From: a bacterium
GTDB taxonomy: Bacteria; UBA8248; JACPRG01; G963555815
Length of the DNA: 64,000 nucleotides
Assembly: GCA_965218795.1 (NCBI GenBank)
Contig: OZ244653.1
Coordinates: forward strand, 4,640,001-4,704,000
Reading direction: 5' to 3'
The translations under genes were made by a program, and so were the position numbers. Below, piece by piece: positions 9,922 to 20,600 of the stretch. Under the pieces are notes generated by a model. It worked only from the letters and a program-made list of their open reading frames with translations. It did no database searches and was not told the origin of the DNA. Each line of letters starts with the position of its first letter. The first letter of the stretch is position 1.

Positions 9922-11403
9922 TTGAGCGGGCTGACAGGAGAACTTCCATTGGCATATGAAGACCTGAGGGCCTATCTGGACGCCCTTGAGCGGGACGAGT
10001 TGTTGCACTGGGTGGAGAACGAGGTCGATCCGTCCTGGGAAATTTCGGCGCTTGCCCGGATGATCTTCCGGGGGTATCGCGAAGAGGACCGATACGGCCT
10101 CGGGTTCCGGAACATCAGGGGGTGTCCGGGAGGACGTCTCGTGACGGGGGTCACGGCGATTTCTTCCAGGCAGATCGGCGTGGCGGTGGAAACGAAATCC
10201 GAACCCGGAGCGATCTTCGAGCGGGTCAACGGAGGCATCCGGAACCCGATCTCGCCCGTGATGGTGGACTCGGGACCCTGCAAGGATGTGGTCCTCATGG
10301 GGGAAGAGGCGGACTTGACGCTGTTGCCCGTTCCGACCTGGACTCCAGAGAAGGACGGAGGCCCTTATCTCACCCCCCTCTGGGTCACGAAGGATCCGGA
10401 AACGGGGGTGCGGGATATCGGCGTCCGCCGGTGCCAGCTCAAAGGGCCGAGACACACGGGCATTCAATTCGCCGCGCCGGACCGCTACGGGGCCGTTCAG
10501 TGGGCCAAGTGGAGGGAGCGGGGGGAGCCCATGCCCGCCGCGCTTTTCAGCGGCGTCGATCCGGTGATCACGCTGGTTGGTCCGGGCCGGTACGGGCGCG
10601 ATGAGCTTGAGGTGGCTGGGGGAATTCGGGGCGAGCCCGTGGAACTGGTCAAATGCGAAACGGTTGATCTGGAGGTTCCCGCAACAGCGGAGTTCGTGGC
10701 CGAAGGGGAGATCACCACGGATCGGGTGGAGGCGGAGGGGCCCTTCGGGGAGTTCACCGGCTACATGGCCGGGAACCGGGAGTGTCCCGTGTTTCACGTC
10801 AAGTGCATCACCCACCGGCGCGACCCCATCCTCGTCGGCCTGATCAGCCAGTTCCCGCCGAACGAGAGCACCGTGTTGAAGCGGCACTTTTTGGAGACCG
10901 CGATCCATCGGCATCTCGTCTCGACGCTGAAGATTCCCGGGTTGGTGGACCTTCATATGCCCGAGGCGGGGGGCAGCGCCGCCGCGCTCTGGATGAGCGT
11001 GCGCAAGGTCTATGCGGGCCAAGTGGAGCAGCTCATGAACGGCGCCCTGGGATTTTGCGGTATGAGCTACTTCAAGTGGATCGTGGTGGTGGACGATGAC
11101 GTCGACGTTCGGGATCCGTTCATTCGGGAATGGGTGATGAACTATCGCGTCCGCCCGGACAAGGACATCCGCGTCCTAAGCGACATGGGCGCGCTCGAGC
11201 TGGACCCATCGTCGGACGACCCCGCCAGGGGGGACCGGCCCATGACGGGGGCCAAAGCGCTCATCGACGCGACGAAGAAGTGGAAGTATCCGGATGTCTC
11301 CTTCCCGCCCCGAAGGTATCTGGAGCGGGTTCGGGAGGATTGGTCCAAGTATGAGCTCCCGCCATTGGGAGAGGTCAATCTGCCGAGGGGGCTGGGGGAT
11401 TGA
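9922..11403 (+). CDS. UbiD-family (prFMN-dependent) decarboxylase
   Basis: DLRAYL N-terminus, KDGGPY, VPATAEFVAEG, EGPFGEFTGY, VVVDDDVD, IDATK. Confidence 0.93.
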   Translation: MSGLTGELPLAYEDLRAYLDALERDELLHWVENEVDPSWEISALARMIFRGYREEDRYGLGFRNIRGCPGGRLVTGVTAISSRQIGVAVETKSEPGAIFERVNGGIRNPISPVMVDSGPCKDVVLMGEEADLTLLPVPTWTPEKDGGPYLTPLWVTKDPETGVRDIGVRRCQLKGPRHTGIQFAAPDRYGAVQWAKWRERGEPMPAALFSGVDPVITLVGPGRYGRDELEVAGGIRGEPVELVKCETVDLEVPATAEFVAEGEITTDRVEAEGPFGEFTGYMAGNRECPVFHVKCITHRRDPILVGLISQFPPNESTVLKRHFLETAIHRHLVSTLKIPGLVDLHMPEAGGSAAALWMSVRKVYAGQVEQLMNGALGFCGMSYFKWIVVVDDDVDVRDPFIREWVMNYRVRPDKDIRVLSDMGALELDPSSDDPARGDRPMTGAKALIDATKKWKYPDVSFPPRRYLERVREDWSKYELPPLGEVNLPRGLGD

Positions 11404-11436
11404 TGAGCGCCGCGAAAACGCGGAGGCACGTTGTCT

Positions 11437-13758
11437 TCACAAAGCGCCCCCCGCCTCGATGTCTGATGTCTTCCGCAGGGCCGCCCAGACCGCTTCAGGA
11501 GACAGCGGAAGATCCTTGAACCGGACGCCCACGGCGTCCCGGATGGCATTGGCGATGGCGGCGGCCGTCGGCGCGAGGGCGGGCTCGCCGACGCCTTTCG
11601 CGCCGAAGGGGCCGTCGGGGTGGGGAACCTCGACCAGCCGGGCCGTCAGGCTCGGCACGTCCAGCGTGGAGCACATGTGGTAATCGACGAACGTCGGGTT
11701 GAGGAACTTCCCCTCCTCCAGCGTGACTTCCTCGATCAAGGTACAGCCCAGCCCCATAGCCAGGGCGCCCTCCAACTGCTGAAGGCAGTTCATGGGGTTG
11801 ATGGCCCGGCCGACGTCGTGGGCCGCGACCAGCCGAAGGACCCTAACCTCCCCGGTTTCATGATCCACCTCGACTTCGGCCGCCTGGGCCCCATACATCC
11901 AGAAAGGCACCGGCCGCGACCCCTGTCCGGTCTCCGGGTCGAGGGGCGTGACGTCCTCCATGTGGTACTCGCCCCGGCCGACGACAGCCCGCTCACCCCG
12001 GATCCCGAAAACCAGCCGGCCGAGTGAAAGCGTCCGTTCCGGGGACCCGGTGACGGTGACCTGCCCGCCTTTCAGCTCGATATCCTCGGGCGCCGCCTCC
12101 AGGACGTCCGCCCCCATTGCGAGAATCTGGGTCCTGGCGTCCGCGGCGGCCCGTTGCAGGGCCAGCCCCATTGAGAAGGTCGTCCGGCTCGCCGTCGTGG
12201 AGCGGTCGTAGGGTGTGACGTCCGTATCGGGCACGGCCAGGCTGATTTGCGCCGGGTCGACGCCCAGCTCCTCGGCGACGATCTGTGTCAGTACGGTCTG
12301 GGCCCCCTGACCGACTTCGATACTGCTCGAGAGCGCCTGGACGGTCCCGTCCTCGTTGATCTTGACGAATGCGGAGGAGGAGCCGTACCCGGCCGCCCCG
12401 CCCTTGTTCATCGCTGCGATGCCGCGTCCCGTTCCCGGGGTTTTCGGCTCGGTCCAGCCGATCGACTCGGCCGCGGCCCGGAGCGATTCGAGCACGCCGA
12501 CGCTTTTCAACGACTCGCCCGTCGGGGAGATATCCCCTTCGCGGTGGGCGTTGCGAAGGCGGAATTCCAGCGGATCGAGCCCGAGTACCCGGGCAATTTC
12601 GTCTATCTGGCACTCCGACGCCCACGTCACCTGCGGTATCCCGTATCCCCGAAAGGCGCCCGCCACGGGGTTGTTGGTGTACACGCAGAGGCTGTCGATG
12701 TGAACGTGGGGAATCCGGTAGGGTCCGCCCGCGGAGTATCCGGCGTTGGTGGCCACCGTCGGACCCTTTTCCGTGTAGGCCCCCGTGTCCCAGTAGACCT
12801 TGATCTCACGGCCCAGCAGGAGACCATCCTCTGTAACGCCCGTCCGCAATTCGTGAACGGTCGGGTGCCGCATCATGGTCGATGTAAAGACCTCCTCGCG
12901 GGTGAACAAGACCCGAACGGGTCGTCCCCCGGCATGGAGGGCCAGCAGCGCGGCGAGGGGTTCCGCGTTGAGCCCCCCCTTTCCGCCGAAGCCTCCGCCC
13001 ATGGGCAGGGAAGTGACGCGCAACCTCGTCATGGGGAGGCCGAAGGCCGCCGCCAGCTCCCGCCTGCATCGATAGGGAGCGTCATTGTGGGTCCAGACGG
13101 TCAGCTTGTCGCCCGAGGTCTGGGCCATGGCGGCGTGGACTTCCAGCGGCGCATGATGGACCGCGTGGCTCGAATATCGATCCGTGAAAACCCGGTGGGC
13201 CTTGGAGAAGGCTTCCTCGACGCTTCCCCGGCGCAGCCTGAAGTGATGGCAAATGTTCGTTCCCTCGACCGGCAGACAACTCTTGTCGCGCCGGTACGTC
13301 ATCATGTCTTCATGGACGACGGGCGCTTCCGGGGAGACCGCCGTTTCGGGGTCGTGCACACCGGGGAGCTCTTCGTATTCGACATTGATTCGCTCCAGCG
13401 CCTCCAGGGCGGCATCGTCGCTTTCCGCCGCCACAGCCGCGACCCCCTCCCCCTGAAACCGGGTCGTCCCAACCGCAAGGACCGGGCGGTCCAGCATGGA
13501 CGAACCGTACAGCCCGGGGTTGTCCCGTCCCGTCACCACGACCCGGACCCCGCGAACCTTCCCGGCCGATGAAACGTCGATGTTCCGGATTCGCGCGTGA
13601 GGATAAGGGCTCCGCAAGGTCCGCCCCGCGAGCATTCCCGGCAGCTTGAAGTCGGCCCCGTAAACGACGGTACCGGTGGATTTGTCCCCGGCGTCCACGC
13701 GGGGCAGGGATGCGCCCACCAGAATCGATCCGCCGGTGACTTCGGCTTCCTGTCTCAT
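11437..13758 (-). CDS. Xanthine dehydrogenase family molybdopterin-binding subunit, copy 2
   Basis: RSPYPHA, GGGFGGK, AFRGYG, EVGQG, TASR, PFGAKGVGE. Start placed at MRQEAE after a GAGGGA RBS. Confidence 0.93.
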   Translation of the reverse strand: MRQEAEVTGGSILVGASLPRVDAGDKSTGTVVYGADFKLPGMLAGRTLRSPYPHARIRNIDVSSAGKVRGVRVVVTGRDNPGLYGSSMLDRPVLAVGTTRFQGEGVAAVAAESDDAALEALERINVEYEELPGVHDPETAVSPEAPVVHEDMMTYRRDKSCLPVEGTNICHHFRLRRGSVEEAFSKAHRVFTDRYSSHAVHHAPLEVHAAMAQTSGDKLTVWTHNDAPYRCRRELAAAFGLPMTRLRVTSLPMGGGFGGKGGLNAEPLAALLALHAGGRPVRVLFTREEVFTSTMMRHPTVHELRTGVTEDGLLLGREIKVYWDTGAYTEKGPTVATNAGYSAGGPYRIPHVHIDSLCVYTNNPVAGAFRGYGIPQVTWASECQIDEIARVLGLDPLEFRLRNAHREGDISPTGESLKSVGVLESLRAAAESIGWTEPKTPGTGRGIAAMNKGGAAGYGSSSAFVKINEDGTVQALSSSIEVGQGAQTVLTQIVAEELGVDPAQISLAVPDTDVTPYDRSTTASRTTFSMGLALQRAAADARTQILAMGADVLEAAPEDIELKGGQVTVTGSPERTLSLGRLVFGIRGERAVVGRGEYHMEDVTPLDPETGQGSRPVPFWMYGAQAAEVEVDHETGEVRVLRLVAAHDVGRAINPMNCLQQLEGALAMGLGCTLIEEVTLEEGKFLNPTFVDYHMCSTLDVPSLTARLVEVPHPDGPFGAKGVGEPALAPTAAAIANAIRDAVGVRFKDLPLSPEAVWAALRKTSDIEAGGAL

Positions 13759-14072
13759 TTCCCTCGCCGTGCTTCCAGCCGGGCCGTCTTCGGCCCATAT
13801 CGGGACGCCGGCCCCCGAAGGAGTCCGCCCTGTCCATCCCGTTGGGATCCAATCTCCCAATTCCGGTCAGACAATATACACGAACCCCCCGAAAGCCGCT
13901 GGAAGGCTCCGGCCCATTTGAATCGAAGGGATTCGTGAATTCGACGATGCTGCCGAATGCCCGCGCGGTCCAAGCTCCCCAAGATGGAAACCGAGCAAGG
14001 TGGAGGACCTTATAATGTCCCGGTGGTCCATGAGGGCCCGAGACCCAACCGTCCGGACGGAGACGAGGAATC

Positions 14073-14894
14073 ATGACTCATTCTTACGAAACCATAGCAG
14101 TCGAAAAGTCGGATGGCGTCACCACGCTGCGATTCAATCGGCCGGAGAAGAAGAACGCGATGAGCCCCCGACTGCACCGGGAGATGCTGGAGGCGATGGA
14201 TGTCCTGGAAGATGACCCGGATACGCGGGTTTTGATCGTCACCGGGTCGGGTGACAGCTTTTGCGCCGGGCAGGACCTGAAGGAATTCTTCGCGGAGTTG
14301 GAGGGGAAACCCGTCGAGCGGCGGCGGGCCGCCAAAACCTCCGCAGAGTGGCAGGCCCTGAAGCTTCGTCTTTTCGCGAAACCCACGATTGCGGCCGTCA
14401 ACGGCTGGTGTTTCGGGGGCGGGTTCGTCCCCGTGGCCGTTTGCGACCTTGCCGTGGCGGCGGACGAAGCGGTATTCGGTCTAAGCGAGATCAATTTTGG
14501 ACAATTTCCCGGAGGTTTGGTCACTCAGGCGTTGGATGAGGTCATGCGCCCCCGGGATTACCTCTACTTTGCGATGACGGGGGAAACCTTTGACGGTCGG
14601 AAGGCCGCGGATATCGGACTCGTGAATTTTTCGGTTCCACTGAAGGATCTGGACGGCGCGGTCCGAAGGCTGGCGACAAAACTGATGGAAAAAGACCCGG
14701 TCGCATTGCGACAGACGAAGGAGGTCTACAAAATCGGAAAGCGGATGGATTGGGAGCAGGCGTACGCGTGGGCGATGGCCAAGGGGAATGAGTTGACCTT
14801 CCACCAGGAGGGGGCCTGGGTGAACGAAGGGATCGGTCAGTTCAAAGACAAGAAATACAAGCCCGGTCTCGGTTCTTTCAAACCGGAGGAATAA
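14073..14894 (+). CDS. Crotonase, hydroxycinnamoyl-CoA hydratase-lyase (HCHL)-like
   Basis: NRPEKKNAMSP, FCAGQDLKEFF, AKPTIAAVNGWCFGGGF, FGLSEIN and C-terminal KPGL match the HCHL subfamily as recalled. Confidence 0.85.
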   Translation: MTHSYETIAVEKSDGVTTLRFNRPEKKNAMSPRLHREMLEAMDVLEDDPDTRVLIVTGSGDSFCAGQDLKEFFAELEGKPVERRRAAKTSAEWQALKLRLFAKPTIAAVNGWCFGGGFVPVAVCDLAVAADEAVFGLSEINFGQFPGGLVTQALDEVMRPRDYLYFAMTGETFDGRKAADIGLVNFSVPLKDLDGAVRRLATKLMEKDPVALRQTKEVYKIGKRMDWEQAYAWAMAKGNELTFHQEGAWVNEGIGQFKDKKYKPGLGSFKPEE

Positions 14895-14944
14895 ATCAAC
14901 CTTCCATCGGATTCCGGGCGATTGAGTTTCCGCAACGCCGCCCG

Positions 14945-15940
14945 TCAGGCCACGGCGGGAATGATCTTTTCTGAAAACGTGCGCATGAGCGACGCGGCGT
15001 CCCCGGTCGTCGAGAGCAGGAACACCTGATTCACGCCGGCCTGGACAAAGGCGTCGAGTTTTCCGATGACTTCGTCCGGAGTCCCCGCCAGGGAGAAGTG
15101 GTCGATCCATTCCTCAGGCACCAGGTCGGCGTGCTCCGCCTGCGTGAGCATATGCTCCTGGTATCGGTAGGCTTCCTGGAAGCGCCGGGTTTCCTCCGCC
15201 GTGAAGCCCGACTTTTCCAGGGGGACCGCTGCGATGGGCCGTCGGGCCACGTAGGTCCGCACGTTCCGCCGGGCCTCTTCTCTGTCCTCGGAGACGTCGC
15301 AACCGATCTGGACGACGATATCAACGGATTTGGGGTCGCGCCCGGCTTCTTCCGCGGCTTGGCCGATGGTCTCGACAACGTACGTCAGGAGCTCCTCAGT
15401 GGCCCCGACGGACGCGATGACGCCGTCGCAGAGCCTCCCGGCCAGGCGCAGCATCTTGGGTCCGTTGGCCGCGAGATAGATTGGGACATTGGTGGGTTCG
15501 AATGTGGATAGAGCGGGGACCTTCCGGCCCTCATAGGTTCCGTCTTCCCCGTCCAGCAGATTGCGCATGCACGTGATGGCGTCTTCCAGGACTCCGGTCG
15601 ATGCGGGTTTCAGTCCCAGATGGAGGCAGGTTGTGTCGCCCGCCCCGATGCCCAGAATGGCTCGCCCGTTGGAGACTTCGTCCAGGCTGGCGAAGGCCCG
15701 GGCGGTCACGGCCGGATGGCGCGCGACGGGAGTCGTTACCGCCGTTCCCAGCTGGATGGTCGAGGTTTCCCTGGCGCATATGGCGAGGGTCACATAGGGG
15801 TCGCGAAAAATGCTTTGACTGTCTCCCTTCCAGGCATGAGAGAATCCCGTTTCCTCGGCCACCCGGACGGCCTCCACCACTTCAGCCGTCGAGCGCCGCT
15901 CCTCATGCGGGAATATCCCGATTCCGAATTTCAGGCCCAT
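14945..15940 (-). CDS. LLM-class oxidoreductase (Mer-like; F420 or FMN dependent)
   Basis: LGTAVT, RHPAVTA, SNGRAILGIGAGD, PIYLAANGPKMLRLAG, GTPDEV. Confidence 0.88.
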   Translation of the reverse strand: MGLKFGIGIFPHEERRSTAEVVEAVRVAEETGFSHAWKGDSQSIFRDPYVTLAICARETSTIQLGTAVTTPVARHPAVTARAFASLDEVSNGRAILGIGAGDTTCLHLGLKPASTGVLEDAITCMRNLLDGEDGTYEGRKVPALSTFEPTNVPIYLAANGPKMLRLAGRLCDGVIASVGATEELLTYVVETIGQAAEEAGRDPKSVDIVVQIGCDVSEDREEARRNVRTYVARRPIAAVPLEKSGFTAEETRRFQEAYRYQEHMLTQAEHADLVPEEWIDHFSLAGTPDEVIGKLDAFVQAGVNQVFLLSTTGDAASLMRTFSEKIIPAVA

Positions 15941-16141
15941 GCCACCGCTCCTCCCCCCCGAGCTTGCTGACGGTTGCTCTCTTACCTTCCCGTGCTGTAT
16001 CTATGGGAATCATTCATTGATCAGAAAAGGGAAGTCAAGGGTAGCCCATGGGACTTTCTCTGGCCTGAAAAATCGTTCGAGGGGGCGAATCCGGAAGTCT
16101 GATAGGGACTGTCACGCAGGCGCGATTGGAAAGAGACCTCC

Positions 16142-17287
16142 ATGAATTTTGATCTTACCGAAAAACTGCGGCTATTGCGCGAAATGGTGCGAGAGTTCGT
16201 TCGGCAGGATCTGCTCCCGCACGAAGAGTGGGTGGAGGAGCTTGACGACGTCCCTCCCGAACTTCTGAAAGAGCTTCGCGTCAAGGCCCGCGACCTGGGC
16301 CTTCTGGGCCTCACCATTCCCAAGGAATGCGGCGGCGCAGGAATGGGTTTTTTGGCCAACTGTGTTCTCAGAGAAGAGCTGGGCCGGGCGAGCCTGGCCA
16401 TGTCCTATGCAGTCCGGGGTCCGGCTCCCATTTTGTCGATGGGCACGCCCGGGCAGATCGAGAAGTATCTCGCCCCATGCCTGCGGGCGGAAAAGCGGGA
16501 CTGTTTCGCCCTGACCGAGCCCAACGCCGGCTCGGACGCTTCGGCCATTGAGACCAGCGCCGTGCGGGATGGAGAAGACTTCATCCTGAACGGCAATAAG
16601 ATCTTCATCACCGACGGGATCAAGGCGGATTTCACGATTGTGTTCGCCGTGACGGACAAAGAGAAGCGGGCGCGCGGGGGCGTGACCGCGTTCTTGGTGG
16701 ACAAAGGGACGCCGGGCTTTCAGGTGGGGCAAAAGTTCCAGAAGATGGGTTGGCGCGGGACGGATCTGTCCGAGCTGGTCTTTCAAAACTGCCGGGTCCC
16801 CGATACGCAGGTATTGGGTGAAATCGGTCAAGGGTTCCGCTTGGCGATGGAATGGATTGACGTCGGGCGCCTGGGCATCGCCGCGGCGGCCGTGGGAACA
16901 GCGGAGCGGTTGCTGGAAATGGCGAAAGGTTACGCAAGCGAAAGGGTGACCTTCGGCAAGCCTTTGGCGGACCGCCAGGCCGTTCAGTGGATGATCGCGG
17001 ATTCGGCCATGGAAATCCGGGCGGCCCGCCTCCTCACCTACCAGGCGGCGGCCGAGGGGGATCAGGGCCGCGAGACGCGGCAGGCGGCGGCGATGGCAAA
17101 GCTGTACGCGACGGAGATGGTGGGGCGCGTGGCGGACCGGGCGCTCCAGATCCACGGTGGGATGGGATACATGAAAGATCTGCCGATTGAGCGCATGTAT
17201 CGGGATGTCCGCTACAACCGCATCGGGGAGGGCACCTCCGAGATCCTTCGCCATCTCATTGCACGGGGGATCCTGAAGGGGAAGTAA
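16142..17287 (+). CDS. Acyl-CoA dehydrogenase
   Basis: FALTEPNAGSD, LNGNKIFIT, RVTFGKPL, QIHGGMGY, IGEGTSEI. Confidence 0.95.
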   Translation: MNFDLTEKLRLLREMVREFVRQDLLPHEEWVEELDDVPPELLKELRVKARDLGLLGLTIPKECGGAGMGFLANCVLREELGRASLAMSYAVRGPAPILSMGTPGQIEKYLAPCLRAEKRDCFALTEPNAGSDASAIETSAVRDGEDFILNGNKIFITDGIKADFTIVFAVTDKEKRARGGVTAFLVDKGTPGFQVGQKFQKMGWRGTDLSELVFQNCRVPDTQVLGEIGQGFRLAMEWIDVGRLGIAAAAVGTAERLLEMAKGYASERVTFGKPLADRQAVQWMIADSAMEIRAARLLTYQAAAEGDQGRETRQAAAMAKLYATEMVGRVADRALQIHGGMGYMKDLPIERMYRDVRYNRIGEGTSEILRHLIARGILKGK

Positions 17288-17289
17288 TC

Positions 17290-17454
17290 CAGTTGGAAGC
17301 GGCCCGGCGTGCCTGGCGTCGCTTCGGCAAGGGCAATCACCCTGCGGCGCTGAACGTTGGGGACTGCTTGGCCTATGCGCTCGCCGATGCGACGGGCTAG
17401 CCGCTGCTGTTCAAGGGCGAGGACTTCGCCCAAACCGATATCGGGCCGGCGTGA
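17290..17454 (+). pseudogene. vapC: 3' relic of a VapC PIN-domain toxin
   Basis: Manual translation QLEAARRAWRRFGKGNHPAALNVGDCLAYALADATG*PLLFKGEDFAQTDIGPA*; in-frame TAG at 17398-17400; no 5' half. Confidence 0.85.
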
Positions 17455-17674
17455 TCGAGAAAACGGGCCGGAGAACGGAAATGACGATGACTGAGCGGGA
17501 ATGGATGCCTCAGCGATCGCGAATCCACGTGGATGACCGCCGCATCATTTCGCTTGGGTCAGCGCATCATGCAATAGGCTGATTCAGACTGCCACCGCAG
17601 AGCTTGCCGACTTCCTTACGGCACATCTGCCCCCTCTCGGCGGGGATTGGTGGAAGAAGCACGTTGAAGATCGC

Positions 17675-20600
17675 TTGAGTTTCCAGCAACAGCGTACGGT
17701 GCGGGAGCGCGAGCTCACGACGCTGGAGCAACTGGACTTTGCCGCCCTGCTGCGAGTTCTTGACCAGAACTGGCACGAGCTTTCTCAGGTGCTCAGTCTG
17801 CCTCGCGAAGGACGCACATGGGTCAAGGAGCTGCAAACGGTACGTAACAAGTGGGCGCATCTATCGGCCCAGACCATGGAGGCGAGTGAAGTCTATCGTG
17901 ATGCCGATACCCTCGGCCGTCTCCTCGATATGCTGGGCGCTGCTCCGGAATCCGCCGCAGCGGTTGAGGCCGCGAAGACGGATGCTCTTGCAAGTATGGC
18001 GACCGCCCGCGGCGTGATGGCCGGTTCTTCGGAGCCTGCCGAGGGGACAGGCGAACCAGCCGTTGAGGAGACAGCGCAGGGTGGCGGATCCGGATCGTCG
18101 GGACCTCCTGAGACAATGTTCCAGGTCGGTAGCTTGGTCGCGCTGCGATCCGATCCGGCGATTGTCATGCCGGTCATCGAGGTCGTGCCGAGTGGGGCCG
18201 AATGTCGCTACCGTGTATTTCAGGACACCAGGAAGGTTACCTACTACGAGAGCCAGCTACGACATCCCGAGCAGACCGAGGAAGCGCAGCCCCGACCGAG
18301 CGCGGCGGACCTGCGCGCGTACCTGACGAGCCTGCATCTGCTCTCGCCCTCGACGGCCAACCTTCATTCGCTGCGCTCGGGGCGTATTCAGTTCGTGCCT
18401 TACCAGTACCGCCCCGTGCTGAAGTTGATCCGGGCGGATCGGCCGCGTCTGCTCATCGCCGATGAGGTCGGCGTCGGCAAGACGATCGAGGCCGGCCTGA
18501 TCATCAAGGAGCTGCGGGCGCGCATGGACATTTCCTCCGTGCTCGTCATCTGCCCGAAGGCATTGGTCTCCGAGCGCAAGTGGTTCGTGGAGATGAAGCG
18601 CTTCGACGAACACTTCACGGCGCTCGATGGTCCGATGCTGCGCCACAGTCTGCGGGAAACGCATCTGGAAGGCGAGTGGCCGGACCAGTACGCCAAGGCG
18701 ATCGTCCCGTTCTCGCTGTTCGATTCGGACCTGCTCTTCGGGAAGGATAGGGAGGGTCGCCTAAAGAGCGAGGGGCTACTCGCCCTCGACCCGCCGCCGA
18801 AGTTCGACCTCGTGATCGTCGACGAAGCGCACCATATCCGCAATCCGGAAACGTACCTCCACCAGGGCGTGCGCTACTTTTGCGACAACGCGCAGGCCGC
18901 CATCTTTCTTACCGCTACGCCGGTCCAGTTGGGCAGCGAGGATCTCTTTACGCTGCTCAACGCACTCCGGCCGGACCTGGTGATCGACCGTCCGAGCTTC
19001 GAACAGATGGCCGCGCCCAATCGGTCCATCAACATGGCCGTGCAGCATTGCCGTTCCGCCAAGGAGGACTGGCAAGGGCAAGCGCGGGCGTGCCTGGATG
19101 AGGCCGCGCAAACGCAATGGGGCAGCCTGTTTGTGCGGGAGTCACCGGCTTTTCAGAACATCTACGACCGGCTGGGAGGAGAGCAGGTCGATGACGCGGA
19201 TCGCATCGGCATCGTCCGGTCTCTGGAGGAGCTCTATACCTTCAGCCCGATGATCAACCGGACGCGCCGCAGGGATATCGGCGAGTTCACGACTCGAAGG
19301 CCGGAGACGCTGACGACCGAGTTCACGCCCGAGCAGCAGCGCCTGCACGACGATCTGATCGATGTCGTGGCCCGTATCCTGGCGTTTGCGCACGGACAGC
19401 AGAACGTCAAGTTCATGATGACCACGATTCGCCGCCAGGCGGCGAGCTGTCTGTATGGACTGGCGCCCCTGCTGCGCAGCATCCTCGCCGGCAAGCTGGA
19501 TGGCCTTGAGACGATGGAAGCGGGCGATGTCGAGGGCGAAGCCGATCTCGGCTTCCTCGCCGAGGCGCGGAGCGATATCGAGGCGCTTCTGGAGAGAGCC
19601 GACAGCCTCGATCCGCGGGACCCGAAGGTTGATGCTTTTGTCCAGGTTCTGCGCGACAAGAGCCGAATGGCCAACAACAAGGCCCTGGTGTTCAGCACCT
19701 TCCGGCACACGCTTGCGTATATCGCAAGGCACACGGAAGACGCGGGATTGCGCTACGGGCTTGTGCATGGTGACGTGGCGGACGAGGAGCGGGCGGACTT
19801 GCGCCGCCGGTTCGCGCTGCCGAAGGAAGACCCGGACGCGCTGGATGTATTGCTCTCCTCGGAGGTCGGCGGCGAAGGGCTCGATTTTCAGTTCTGCGAC
19901 CTGTTGATCAACTACGATCTGCCCTGGAACCCGATGCGCGTCGAGCAGCGCATCGGGCGCATCGACCGCTACGGTCAACAGAGCGAGGCCGTTGCCGTCG
20001 TCAATCTGGTTACGCCTGGCACGGTGGATGCCGATATCTACGAACGCTGCCTGTTGCGCATCGGCGTGTTCCAGCACGCGGTCGGCGGCAGCGAGGAGAT
20101 TCTTGGCGAGATAACCCGTGAAATCCATGATGTCGCGGAGAGCTTCACGCTTACGGCCGAGGAACGCGCGCAGCGCTTACAGCAGCTCGGCGACAACGGG
20201 ATTCGGCAAATTCAGGAAGAGCAGGCGCTTGAGGAAAAACAGGCCGAGCTATTCGGGTTGACGGTTCCGAAACAATCCTGGCGTCAGGAGATCGAGGCCG
20301 CCGAGAGTTTCTGGCTGTCGCCAAGCGCCTTGCAGCGCTGCGTCTCGACCTATCTCTCCGGGCTGATGGAAACCGGGGGGGAGTTTTTTCTCGGCGAGAA
20401 GCCGCTCAAGACACTGAGGTTGAATCAGGGGGCCCGGGCCAAGCTGCTTGAGGACTTCAAGCGTCAGCCCCGTTCGACCGACCCGGTGGCCCGGCAATGG
20501 GAAAAGTGGCTCAAGGGCACCGGTCCGATGCTGTCGGTCACGTTCGATCAGGAAACCACCGCGGCCGTCCCCGACGCCGTTCACCTGAACGGCCTTCACC

